This document shows positions 1 through 8,996 of a stretch of 62,323 bases of DNA, piece by piece. This DNA comes from Eubacteriales bacterium (GTDB lineage: Bacteria > Bacillota > Clostridia > Oscillospirales > CAG-272): positions 1 to 62,323 of the forward strand of contig JAZNXE010000009.1 of NCBI GenBank assembly GCA_045593725.1. Reading direction: 5' to 3'. How positions within the stretch are numbered: the stretch's first letter is position 1; the number at the start of each line of letters is the position of its first letter. A program made the translations under genes and the position numbers. Below the pieces are notes generated by a model. The model did not search any database, was not told where the DNA came from, and saw only the letters and a list, made by a program, of their open reading frames with translations.

Positions 1-1101
1 GTGTGTGTTAGCGAAGAATTGACATATTCTTTTGTTATGAAAGAAAAGAATGTTGATTTAGAAGCAAGATGGAGTTACTATACCGTTTCTGTTAATTCTT
101 ATACGGATGAACAAGGCACAGCAGGAACATTCACAAAGAAAGCTGACGAAAAAATAAGCATTGGTGAAACCGTTGCCTTGACCGCAACTGTAAATAAAGG
201 CTTTAACTTTGAAGGCTGGTATGTAAACGGAAATCACGTTAGCAGTGATTTTGAATATAGCTTTACGATGAAAGACGAAAATGTTGATATTGAAGCGGTT
301 TATAGTTATTATTCAATCACGGTAGAGTCTTGGAGTGATGAGCAGGGTATGGCGGGTACATATCCCAAAAAGGATAATGAAAGAATTAGTGCTGGTGAGA
401 TAGTAACGCTTACTACAACCGTGGCAGACGGATATAATTTCGAAGGGTGGTATATTGACGGGGTTTGTGTCTGCTCGGAGCTTACATATCAATTTGTGAT
501 GGAAAAAGCAAACAAAACCATTCTCGCGGAGTATTCGTATTATACATTGACCACAAATGGTTATATGAACAAATATGCATATACATATGATGTTCTTACC
601 GAAAAGGTTGGTACCATTACAAAATACGATTATAAAGCAGTTTCCAACGGTACAAAAGTAACTCTTATTGCCACGCTTGGGGAAGGATATACTTTTAAGG
701 GATGGTATATTGGCGATACCTGTGTTTGTGAAGATTTGGAATACACTTATATAATGACTAAAGAAAGCATTGAAATAAATGCGCTTTATACTTACTATAC
801 CATCGAAACAGGAGCTTTTGAATTTACTGGTGGGTTTGGTGACATAGAGCCTGATGGACGTTTCCCATTTGCTTATAATAGGAACAGTTTTGAAGATTTT
901 ATGGGAACATATACCGAGTATCACAAAGAACCCGTTAGAGTTGGAGATACCGTTACATTAACCGCTACAACTAAAGCAGGATATAGTTTTTTAGGTTGGA
1001 AGCGTGGAGAGGTAATTATAAGCACTTCCTCTACATATACATTTGTTATGGAGGAATCGGACGAATTTATTGAAGCAGTATTCGTTTATGTAGGAAATTA
1101 A
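1..1101 (+). CDS. surface repeat protein, C-terminal part (Listeria-Bacteroides / InlB B-repeat type); the 5' end lies outside the window
   Basis: The frame is open from base 1 to TAA at 1099-1101. There are about five modules of 75-85 aa with G(Y/F)xF(E/K/L)GW(Y/K) and YSYY(T/S) signatures. The gene is visibly AT-richer than its neighbours. Confidence 0.7.
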   Translation: MCVSEELTYSFVMKEKNVDLEARWSYYTVSVNSYTDEQGTAGTFTKKADEKISIGETVALTATVNKGFNFEGWYVNGNHVSSDFEYSFTMKDENVDIEAVYSYYSITVESWSDEQGMAGTYPKKDNERISAGEIVTLTTTVADGYNFEGWYIDGVCVCSELTYQFVMEKANKTILAEYSYYTLTTNGYMNKYAYTYDVLTEKVGTITKYDYKAVSNGTKVTLIATLGEGYTFKGWYIGDTCVCEDLEYTYIMTKESIEINALYTYYTIETGAFEFTGGFGDIEPDGRFPFAYNRNSFEDFMGTYTEYHKEPVRVGDTVTLTATTKAGYSFLGWKRGEVIISTSSTYTFVMEESDEFIEAVFVYVGN

Positions 1102-1192
1102 CTAATGTAACGGTTCGATTTTCGTTATCGTTACTTCTACCACAAAGCCTCGCTCCTGAGATTTGTTTCCATATATGCAGTAATGCGTCAAG

Positions 1193-1231
1193 AAAAGAGG
1201 ACAGAGAACGTAAAAATTCTCTGTCCTTTTC
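1193..1231. terminator. bidirectional intrinsic terminator between convergent genes
   Basis: AGGACAGAGAA (1198-1208) and TTCTCTGTCCT (1217-1227) form a perfect 11-bp stem, with an A-run on the left and a T-run on the right. Confidence 0.7.
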
Positions 1232-1311
1232 TGTCGGTAGGTAATGTATTCTATTAAATCCCAAAAACTGTCCTTAAGAGTACGTTCCTTTTGTCTCTGT
1301 TCCTTTTTCCT

Positions 1312-3114
1312 TTAGGAAAACTGCGAATTATACAGCGAGCTGTAAAAGCCTCCGGAGCGCAAAAGCTGCTCGTGGTTGCCCTGCTCGATTATAGCTCCGT
1401 CCTTTATTACCAGAATGGTGTCGGCATTCTGTATGGTGGAAAGGCGGTGGGCGATAACGAAGCAGGTACGGTTCTTCATAAGCTCGGTCATAGCGTCCTG
1501 AATCTGTATCTCGGTACGGGAGTCAACGTTGGAGGTAGCCTCGTCCAGAATAAGCATAGGCGCGTCGGAAAGAAAGGCGCGGGCTATGGTAATCAGCTGC
1601 TTCTGTCCCTTGGAAATATTTACTCCGTCATCCGAGAGCAGGGTATTATATCCCTCGGGAAGGCTTTCGATATAGGAATGTATCTTTGCCGCCTTGGCAG
1701 CCTCGTAAACCTCCTCGGGCGTTGCGTTCTCCTTGCCGTAAACGATATTGTCGTATATAGTTCCGTAGAATAACCACGTATCCTGAAGCACCATAGTATA
1801 TGCTCGGCGAAGGTCGGCGCGCTTGATATTCTTTACGGGTATTCCATCCATTCGTATCTCCCCTGAATTTACGTCGTAGAACCTCATAATGAGATTTATT
1901 ATGGTGGTTTTTCCCGCTCCCGTAGGTCCGACTATCGCCACTGTGCGCCCTTTGTTTGCCGTGACCGATACGTTTTTGAGAATAGTCTTTTCGGGTACGT
2001 ATCCAAATGTCACGTCGTCAAATTCCACGTTGCCCTCCACGCTCGTAAGGCTAATGGCATTGGGAGAGTCCTCGGGCTCTGGCTCCTCGTCAAGTATTCT
2101 GAATACGCGCTCAGCCGCCGAGAACGCCGATTGGAACTCGTGGAGAATATTGGAGAACTCGTTTATAGGACCCGCGAACTTTCTTGAATACTGAACGAAC
2201 TGCGCCACGCCGCCCAGAGTGATAAAGAACATAGACCCTGCGAGAATCGTTCCGCTTTGTGAGTACATATAGAGTATTCCTCCAAATACGGCTACCAGCG
2301 TCAGGGAGATGTTATTGATAAGGTTTATGGTAGGGAAGAGCATAGCGGCATTGTATTCCGCCTTGTAGAAGGCATCCATAGCCTCATTGTTGTGTTTGTT
2401 GAAGCGCTCGGAAATTACCTCCTGTCTTCCGTATGCCGATATGGAGCGTGCGCCCGAGAGCATCTCCTCGGCATAGCCGTTAAGCTCACCGTATTTTTTG
2501 GAGCGCGCTCTGAAGAGCGGGCGCACCTTTTTGGAGCGATAGCGGGTAAAGAAAATAGAGGCGGGGACGGTAAGGACGAATATAAGAATCAGGGGCTTTG
2601 ATATCTGCCACATAAAGGCGAGAGAGCCTATGACCGTATAGGCGCTTGTCATTACCTGAATAAGGTCGTGGGAGAGTGTGCTGTTGATGGTGTCGATATC
2701 GTATGAGAGATGGCTGATAATGTCACCCGTTGCGTGGGTGTCGAAATATCCCACGGGGAGGGTATTTAGCTTCTCGAAGACCTGCTTTCTCATTTTGTAG
2801 ATTATGCTCTGGCTGAGGCGAATCATTATCATTGCCAGAGCGTAGGAGAGAGCGGCGGACACCACGTAGCAGAAAATCATTATCCCTACGTTCACCGAAA
2901 CGGTATAGAAGTCCACCCCTCCATCACGCCCTATGGCGTCAATGGCAGCGCCCGAAAAGCGTGGGCCCATAAGGGAGAGCTGATTTGAGAGCAGAGTGAG
3001 TATAACCGCGGGGACAAAGAGTGCCCAGCCCTCAAGGACATATCTGCTCAGACGCAGAAAGATACCGCGTTTTTTGCGCTGTACGGTTTTATCTTTTTTA
3101 GTCAAGGAAAGCAC
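1312..3114 (-). CDS. ABC exporter, fused permease/ATPase (heterodimer partner B)
   Basis: An N-terminal 6-TM domain is followed by an NBD with Walker A GPTGAGKTT, signature ISKGQKQ and Walker B LILDEATS. The start is uncertain: GTG at 3114, or TTG at 3105, which has better spacing to GGAGG. Confidence 0.9.
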   Translation of the reverse strand: MLSLTKKDKTVQRKKRGIFLRLSRYVLEGWALFVPAVILTLLSNQLSLMGPRFSGAAIDAIGRDGGVDFYTVSVNVGIMIFCYVVSAALSYALAMIMIRLSQSIIYKMRKQVFEKLNTLPVGYFDTHATGDIISHLSYDIDTINSTLSHDLIQVMTSAYTVIGSLAFMWQISKPLILIFVLTVPASIFFTRYRSKKVRPLFRARSKKYGELNGYAEEMLSGARSISAYGRQEVISERFNKHNNEAMDAFYKAEYNAAMLFPTINLINNISLTLVAVFGGILYMYSQSGTILAGSMFFITLGGVAQFVQYSRKFAGPINEFSNILHEFQSAFSAAERVFRILDEEPEPEDSPNAISLTSVEGNVEFDDVTFGYVPEKTILKNVSVTANKGRTVAIVGPTGAGKTTIINLIMRFYDVNSGEIRMDGIPVKNIKRADLRRAYTMVLQDTWLFYGTIYDNIVYGKENATPEEVYEAAKAAKIHSYIESLPEGYNTLLSDDGVNISKGQKQLITIARAFLSDAPMLILDEATSNVDSRTEIQIQDAMTELMKNRTCFVIAHRLSTIQNADTILVIKDGAIIEQGNHEQLLRSGGFYSSLYNSQFS

Positions 3115-4816
3115 CTCCCATCTGCGACTCGCTTATCTCTCGGTATTCGGCGCAATCGCGCAGAAGCTCCTCGTGGCTGCCTCTGCCTATAATTCTGCCC
3201 TCGTCTATGACGAGAATCAAATCACAGCTTTTTACCGAGCTGACTCTCTGGGCTACCGTTATGACGGTAGAGTCGCCCAGCTCCTCTGCAAGCGCGCGTC
3301 TGAGCGCGGAGTCGGTCTTATAGTCAAGAGCGGAGGAGGAGTCGTCGAGTATAAGTATATCGGGGCGCGCGGCTATGGCGCGGGCTATGAGCACACGCTG
3401 ACGCTGACCTCCCGAGAGATTAGTGCCCTTAGCCGAGAGGATATGTGAATATCCGTCGGGCATAGCCGATATAAAGTCGTGAGCCTGGGCTATCTTTGCG
3501 GCGCGTATCATATCCTCATCGGATATATCTCTGCCGAAGCGGATGTTTTCGGCTATGGTATCGGCATAGAGAAAATCGTTTTGCAGGGCAACTCCGAACT
3601 TCTGCGTAAGCTCGTCCTTCGTGTAGGAGCGGATATCACGTCCGTCTATGCGTATGCATCCGCTATCCACGTCGTAGAAGCGAAGAAGGAGCTTTACCAG
3701 TGTAGATTTTCCGCTTCCCGTAGCGCCTATAATTCCAAGGCGCTGTCCCCTTTTCAGGGATACCGATACTCGGTCAGCGTTGGGCTTCTTGCCAAAATAG
3801 GAGAAGCTTACGTCCTCAAAGGAAATATGGACGGAGGGGTCGCCCTTGCCGTCGTCCTCTACCTGCCTCAGCTCGCTTTGGGCGTGCATAACCTCGGATA
3901 TGCGTCCCGCCGAGGCGGCGCATTTAGTGAACATAACGAACATACGGGAGAGGGACATCATAGCCATAGATATGAGGGTAAAATATTGCATAAAGGCTAT
4001 GACCGTAGCGGGGGAGGACTGTCCCTTTGAAACCAGAAAAGCGCTGACGGCAACTACGGCGGCGATTCCTAAATTCATAAGCATAGTCATAACGGGGTTA
4101 ACGATACCCATTATGGTACCCGCTTTTGTTTCCTGCTTACACAGGGCGCGGTTAACCGTATCGTAACGGCGGTTTTCGTATTCGTTTTTGGAGAGTGCCT
4201 TTATGACTCTTATTCCCTGAGCGTCCTCGCGAACTACGCGCACCATTCCGTCAACCGACTTCTGTACCTTTGTGTATAGGGGAACGCCAAGGCGGGATAT
4301 GCTGTAAACCACTATAAATATGAGGGGAAGGGTAGCTATCATCACCAGGGACAGAGCGCTGTCCATAAGCAGGGTTATAGCTATACCCCCAAGAAGCAGA
4401 ATGGGAGCGCGTACACCCATTCTTTGTATCATACCCACAAAATTCTGCACGTTGTAGGTATCCGAGGTTATGCGCGCCTCAAGAGAGGGAATAGTGAAGC
4501 GGTCGGTGTCGCGCGCCGAGAGCATAAGAGTTTTTGAAAAAAGGTCGCGGCGCATAGCCGAGGAGAATATCATGGTTACCTTTGCCGCCATGCGGTTGGC
4601 GATTATGTTTCCAATTCCCGCCACAAAGGCACACAGCGCCATAACGCCGCCGAAGAATACTATTTTCCCCACGTCCTGCGTGACTATTACGTTCTCCAGT
4701 ATGTGGGAGAGCACAAACGGAATGAACAGCTCGGCTACCGTACCGAGTATCTTTATGAGCAGTCCTACTGCCATACGTACTTTCAGAGGCTTAAGATATG
4801 AAAATATCCATTTCAT
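3098..4816 (-). CDS. ABC exporter, fused permease/ATPase (heterodimer partner A)
   Basis: Walker A GATGSGKST, signature LSGGQRQR and Walker B LILDDSSS are present. The ATG at 4816 overlaps the marR stop (ATGA). Confidence 0.9.
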   Translation of the reverse strand: MKWIFSYLKPLKVRMAVGLLIKILGTVAELFIPFVLSHILENVIVTQDVGKIVFFGGVMALCAFVAGIGNIIANRMAAKVTMIFSSAMRRDLFSKTLMLSARDTDRFTIPSLEARITSDTYNVQNFVGMIQRMGVRAPILLLGGIAITLLMDSALSLVMIATLPLIFIVVYSISRLGVPLYTKVQKSVDGMVRVVREDAQGIRVIKALSKNEYENRRYDTVNRALCKQETKAGTIMGIVNPVMTMLMNLGIAAVVAVSAFLVSKGQSSPATVIAFMQYFTLISMAMMSLSRMFVMFTKCAASAGRISEVMHAQSELRQVEDDGKGDPSVHISFEDVSFSYFGKKPNADRVSVSLKRGQRLGIIGATGSGKSTLVKLLLRFYDVDSGCIRIDGRDIRSYTKDELTQKFGVALQNDFLYADTIAENIRFGRDISDEDMIRAAKIAQAHDFISAMPDGYSHILSAKGTNLSGGQRQRVLIARAIAARPDILILDDSSSALDYKTDSALRRALAEELGDSTVITVAQRVSSVKSCDLILVIDEGRIIGRGSHEELLRDCAEYREISESQMGGAFLD

Positions 4817-5250
4817 ACGGCGTCCTCCCCATCTATAATTTCCTTTGCCCTACTTTCCATTCTGGACAGCACCGAGTAAAATACCGCAAGCTCATCCTCT
4901 GGGATGTCCTTGGATATTCGCTCTTGCCATTCCCTTGATACAAGCCGTATTTCGGGGAGCGAGTCAAGCATCCTTTCGGTGGGAAAAACGGAGAGCTGAC
5001 GCTTGTCCTCGGGGGACTGATCCCGTTTTATATATCCCTGCTCCTCAAGGTGGGCGAGGGTTCTGGTCACGGTGCTTTTGTTAAGACAAAGCTCTCTTGC
5101 CAGCTCCTCCTGAGAGCATCCCGGAGCCTTGCATATAGCCAGCACGAAGGCGTGGTGTGACGGGTATAATCCCTCTCGGCTCACCCTCAGACCTCGGTAG
5201 GTCGCCTGAGAGCGGCTGATGTTGTTGAGCGATTTCATAAATCTCAGCAT
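4813..5250 (-). CDS. MarR family transcriptional regulator
   Basis: The winged-HTH segment is SQEELARELCLNKSTVTRTLAHLEEQGYIKR. I chose the internal ATG at 5250 because the 209-aa track ORF extends through the operator and promoter. Confidence 0.85.
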   Translation of the reverse strand: MLRFMKSLNNISRSQATYRGLRVSREGLYPSHHAFVLAICKAPGCSQEELARELCLNKSTVTRTLAHLEEQGYIKRDQSPEDKRQLSVFPTERMLDSLPEIRLVSREWQERISKDIPEDELAVFYSVLSRMESRAKEIIDGEDAV

Positions 5251-5266
5251 ATAATACCTCAAAAAA

Positions 5267-5301
5267 ATAGTTGCATACGCAACGGTTGCGTATGCAACTA
5301 T
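5267..5301. promoter_or_regulatory. probable MarR operator (perfect 17-bp inverted repeat)
   Basis: ATAGTTGCATACGCAAC g GTTGCGTATGCAACTAT lies 17 nt upstream of the marR ATG. Confidence 0.6.
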
Positions 5302-5455
5302 TTTAACACGATAGAATTGATATGTCAATAGCTTCGGTGAAAAATCAAAATTTTGTGGGTTTATAAACGATCTCTCCGCCTTTCTGTCGAGAAAGGCGGA
5401 GAAGTTATTCCTGAGGGAGTTATGCAAAGCCGGTAGGGGCAAGCTGTGTTCGCCC

Positions 5456-6943
5456 TTACTTTTCCTTGCAGTATTCCTCGATTATCCGTGCCTCCGAAAA
5501 TTCCTCGCGGACTCCGCAGATAAGCTGATAGGTTTCGTGTCCCTTACCCGCAAGAAGAATTATATCTCCCCTAACCGAGTTTTCAAGAGCGTATTCTATC
5601 GCCTTGCGTCTGTCGGGAATAGCCACGTAGGGGCAGGTACCTGCGGTAAAGTAGGAGGCTATCTCTCCGATTATTGCCGAGGGCGGCTCACTGTCGGGGT
5701 TGTCCGAGGTGAGTATGCAGAAGTCGGCATCGCGGGAGGCAACAAGACCAAGCTCGGCGCGCCGCATCTTGGTTCTTCCGCCGATAGAGCCGAAAAGGCA
5801 TATAAGGCGGTTTGGAGAGTAGTTGCGAAGAGCGGTAAGCGCTGCCTTAAGGCTTATTCCGTTATGGGCGTAGTCTATGACCGCGGTAGCGCCGTTTGGA
5901 AGCTCATAGGTTTCAAATCTTCCCTTGATGCGTACGCTTCTCATAGTTTCGACTATATCCTCGGTCTTAAGTCCAAGTCTTCGGCAGACCGCAAGAGCGG
6001 TCAGGGCGTTATAGACGCTGAACTCACCTGGGAAGGAGAGGGATACGGGATAGCTTCCGTCGGCTTCCTCGCAATCGAAGTTTACCGATATCTTTCCCGG
6101 GGAGCGGAAATATGCTATATTCTTAGCTCGATAGTCGGCGGAGGGGCTGCCCTTGCCCGAGATGCTTGTCATTTCACAGCGGATGCCGCCTATCATCTCT
6201 CCCGCGTACTCGTCGTCGCCGTTATATACTATATACCGCGCGCCGTAGTCGGTAAAGAGAGTGTGCTTACAGCTTTTGTAGTCGTCGAAGTCGGGATGCT
6301 CAAACTCGCCGATATGGTCGGGAGAGAGGTTGGTAAACACGCAGATATCAAAGCGGATGCCGTGGACTCTCGCCATTTTAAGAGCCTGTGAGGACACCTC
6401 CATTACCACCGTGGTTACCCCGGCGCTTCGCATATTTCTCATATGCTCGTGGAGGTCGTAGCTTTCGGGAGTGGTATTTATGGTATCAAAGCGGCGCTCG
6501 CCGTAATATACTCCGTTTGAGCCGATATATCCCGCCTTTATTCCGTTTGCCTTGAGGATATTGTATATAAGCAGGGAGGAGGTAGTCTTTCCCTTTGTGC
6601 CCGTAATGCCTATAACGGTCATCTCTCGTGAGGGGTATCCGAAGAAGGTGGCTGAAAGCTCAGCCAGAGCCACGCGGGAATTTTTTGTGATTATTATATA
6701 AGCGTCATCGGGGAGGGTGGGTCTGCGCTCGCTGACAAATACGCGGCAGCCGTTTTTGTATGCGTTGGCGGCGTAGTCATGACCGTCGCTTATGCTTCCC
6801 GATATACAGACGAAGAGAGAGTCGGCGAACACCTTGCGCGAGTCGGAGGACAGCATCTTTATATCAAGGGAGGACACATCCAGCCCCGAGCGGTTTATCA
6901 CCTCGGTATAATCGATACATTGTATCAGTTCTTTCAGTAACAT
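5456..6943 (-). CDS. murE: UDP-N-acetylmuramoyl-L-alanyl-D-glutamate ligase MurE (third-residue-adding enzyme; amino-acid specificity unclear)
   Basis: The Mur ligase P-loop GITGTKGKTT and overall MurE architecture are present. The C-terminal specificity motif reads DNPD, not DNPR. Confidence 0.9.
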   Translation of the reverse strand: MLLKELIQCIDYTEVINRSGLDVSSLDIKMLSSDSRKVFADSLFVCISGSISDGHDYAANAYKNGCRVFVSERRPTLPDDAYIIITKNSRVALAELSATFFGYPSREMTVIGITGTKGKTTSSLLIYNILKANGIKAGYIGSNGVYYGERRFDTINTTPESYDLHEHMRNMRSAGVTTVVMEVSSQALKMARVHGIRFDICVFTNLSPDHIGEFEHPDFDDYKSCKHTLFTDYGARYIVYNGDDEYAGEMIGGIRCEMTSISGKGSPSADYRAKNIAYFRSPGKISVNFDCEEADGSYPVSLSFPGEFSVYNALTALAVCRRLGLKTEDIVETMRSVRIKGRFETYELPNGATAVIDYAHNGISLKAALTALRNYSPNRLICLFGSIGGRTKMRRAELGLVASRDADFCILTSDNPDSEPPSAIIGEIASYFTAGTCPYVAIPDRRKAIEYALENSVRGDIILLAGKGHETYQLICGVREEFSEARIIEEYCKEK

Positions 6944-7701
6944 ATTGCTTTTGCTCGTCCTTTCTCGGCGTCGCCGTAAAAATTCATAAGAGATGCGTCA
7001 AAGCCTACGGGTTCTTTTTTGCAGCTCCTTATCGATGCCAGAGCGAGTAGCTCAAGCGAGTCGATAAAATATGGTGGAAGGGGATAGTTCTTTTTTATTA
7101 AAGACAGCTCGGTACAGCCGAGTATCAGCCGCTGACAGCCCCGCGCTCCGAGAGCGTCGCAAACCGCGTTGAAGCGGTGCATATCGGGGTCCTTGCCGCT
7201 TTTTATATCGTTGAATATTATATGGGTTATCTCGGTCTGCTCCCACTCTGTAAGCGGCTCTATGGAAATTCCCTCCTTAGAGAACACCTCAGTGTAAGCT
7301 CCCGAGGCGGCAGTGCCCTCTGTGGCAAGAACACCCACCTTGGTTATGCCCTCGTATTTGCAAAAGCGCGCGGTCTCCTCTATTATATTGATTACGGGGA
7401 TATCCACGGCATCGCATATCTTCTCGTAGAAATAGTGGGCGGTGTTGCAGGGGATAGCCAATATATCAGCCCCTGCGCCTTGAAGTCTTCTTGCCTCCTC
7501 TGCCATAATGGGAGAGGGGTCATCCCCGCTGTTTCCTAAGATAAAGGATGAGCGGTCGGGGGTGTCGGCTCTTGAGGAGAGCAGAAAATTTATGTGGTCA
7601 CTGTCGCGCAGCGCCTTGGTGTGACGGGTGAGCATTTCGCAAAAATACACCCCCGACATAGGTCCAAGACCGCCGAGTATGCCAAGAAGTATACCGTTCA
7701 C
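6934..7701 (-). CDS. aspartate racemase family protein
   Basis: The Asp/Glu racemase fold has both catalytic Cys motifs (IPCNTAH and LGCTELS). The start is GTG at 7701. It overlaps the murE start by 10 nt. Confidence 0.8.
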   Translation of the reverse strand: MNGILLGILGGLGPMSGVYFCEMLTRHTKALRDSDHINFLLSSRADTPDRSSFILGNSGDDPSPIMAEEARRLQGAGADILAIPCNTAHYFYEKICDAVDIPVINIIEETARFCKYEGITKVGVLATEGTAASGAYTEVFSKEGISIEPLTEWEQTEITHIIFNDIKSGKDPDMHRFNAVCDALGARGCQRLILGCTELSLIKKNYPLPPYFIDSLELLALASIRSCKKEPVGFDASLMNFYGDAEKGRAKAICY

Positions 7702-7722
7702 TATGCGTCACCGCCTTTCATT

Positions 7723-8112
7723 TTAATGTATGTCAGCCAGAGGAGAGTTTACAAAAAGCTCCTCTGGGCTTGATATAACGAAGTGCTTTTCAAGCAATGA
7801 TTCGTTTTCCTTTACCGCCTGCTCGTATTCCGCAGAGGCGGGTATGAGTATGGGAAGCGCCGCGGGCTCTTGCTCCGCAAGGGCAATAAGCTGCTCACAC
7901 ATAAGGCGAGGCTCGTCCTTTGACAGACAGGGAAGAAAGCGGAAGGACAGACCCAGAAGGTCGGGAAGCGTTCTCTTTTCGTCTAAAATGAGCGAAATTA
8001 TACCGTATCGTCTGTGTATCCTCTGCGCCATTCTTCTCGACGAAGAGCAGCTTCCCAGAATAAAGGGAAGGAAATACAGGGCAGAGTTCTTTTTTATGCT
8101 TTCTTTTTTCAT
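7723..8112 (-). CDS. 129-aa protein resembling only the N-terminal pre-ATP-grasp part of D-aspartate-ligase-type enzymes; possibly a truncated gene
   Basis: The motif FLPFILGS...MAQRIHRRYG recalls the FIPILLGS..YGMARSF..YG N-terminus of the Enterococcus D-Asp ligase. This comparison is from memory, not an alignment. No ATP-grasp catalytic domain follows. Confidence 0.4.
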   Translation of the reverse strand: MKKESIKKNSALYFLPFILGSCSSSRRMAQRIHRRYGIISLILDEKRTLPDLLGLSFRFLPCLSKDEPRLMCEQLIALAEQEPAALPILIPASAEYEQAVKENESLLEKHFVISSPEELFVNSPLADIH

Positions 8113-8309
8113 TTGGGCTCCTTGGGCGTATGAAATACTCTTCCAAGTTAATTATATCACAATCCACCGCCTTTGTCAAAGGGTGTTAGGTTTATTTTTT
8201 GCCTGATTTTATCTTTTTTGAAAAAGTTTTTCCCAGACCTTGAAAAAGTGGGCGCTTTCGTATATAATCTAAAGGTAGCGGTACAAATAAATTTACAGAA
8301 GGGCGCGCA

Positions 8310-8867
8310 ATGAAAAAAGAAGCTGTGTATAAGATATTCTCAAATATTCCCACCCTTAAGACCGAAAGGCTGTCCCTCAGAGCGATGCACCCCATAGACG
8401 CGGAGGATATGTACGATTACGCACGCCGACCTGAGGTGAGCGAATTTCTTCTTTGGGAGCCGCATCCCTCGGTGGCTTATACTAAGCAATATCTGGGCTA
8501 TATACAGAGCAGATACGCCCTGGGGGATTTCTACGATTGGGCTGTCATAGACAGGGAGAGCCGAAGAATGATAGGCACCTGCGGCTTCACCCGAATAGAT
8601 ACGGTAAACGACACCGCGGAGATAGGCTATGTACTCAACCCCGATTTCTGGGGAAAGGGATACGCGGTGGAGGCGGCGCACAGAGTAATTGAGTTTGCTT
8701 TCTCCGAGCTTGGGGTACACCGAATAGAAGCCAGATTTATGAAAGGCAATCAAGCCTCCCTGCGAGTTATGGAAAAGCTGGGCATGACCTTTGAGGGATA
8801 TCATAAGGATGCAATCTTTGTTAAAGGTAAATACCGAACTGTGGGATATAGCGCTATGGTAAATTAA
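8310..8867 (+). CDS. GNAT family N-acetyltransferase (RimJ/RimL-like)
   Basis: The motifs LSLRAMHPIDAEDMYDY, IGYVLNPDFWGKGYA and GNQASLRVMEKLGM are typical of Acetyltransf_3. Confidence 0.85.
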   Translation: MKKEAVYKIFSNIPTLKTERLSLRAMHPIDAEDMYDYARRPEVSEFLLWEPHPSVAYTKQYLGYIQSRYALGDFYDWAVIDRESRRMIGTCGFTRIDTVNDTAEIGYVLNPDFWGKGYAVEAAHRVIEFAFSELGVHRIEARFMKGNQASLRVMEKLGMTFEGYHKDAIFVKGKYRTVGYSAMVN

Positions 8868-8905
8868 GGAAATTAAAGAAAAATAAACAAAAAAGCATCA
8901 GAAGA

Positions 8906-8934
8906 TTGACATTTCAAAATTATAGGTATATAAT
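8906..8934 (+). promoter_or_regulatory. sigma-A type promoter
   Basis: TTGACA (8906-8911), a 17-nt spacer, then TATAAT (8929-8934). Confidence 0.6.
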
Positions 8935-8996
8935 GGAAGAGTATTCATTATATACCTTCATTATTTTTAATGGAGAATACGATTTTGGAGGATAAA

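Noticed and set aside
4813-5442. Long (209-aa) version of the MarR ORF
   Set aside because: The N-terminal 64 codons run through the operator palindrome and the promoter region. The ATG at 5250 gives a canonical MarR of about 145 aa.
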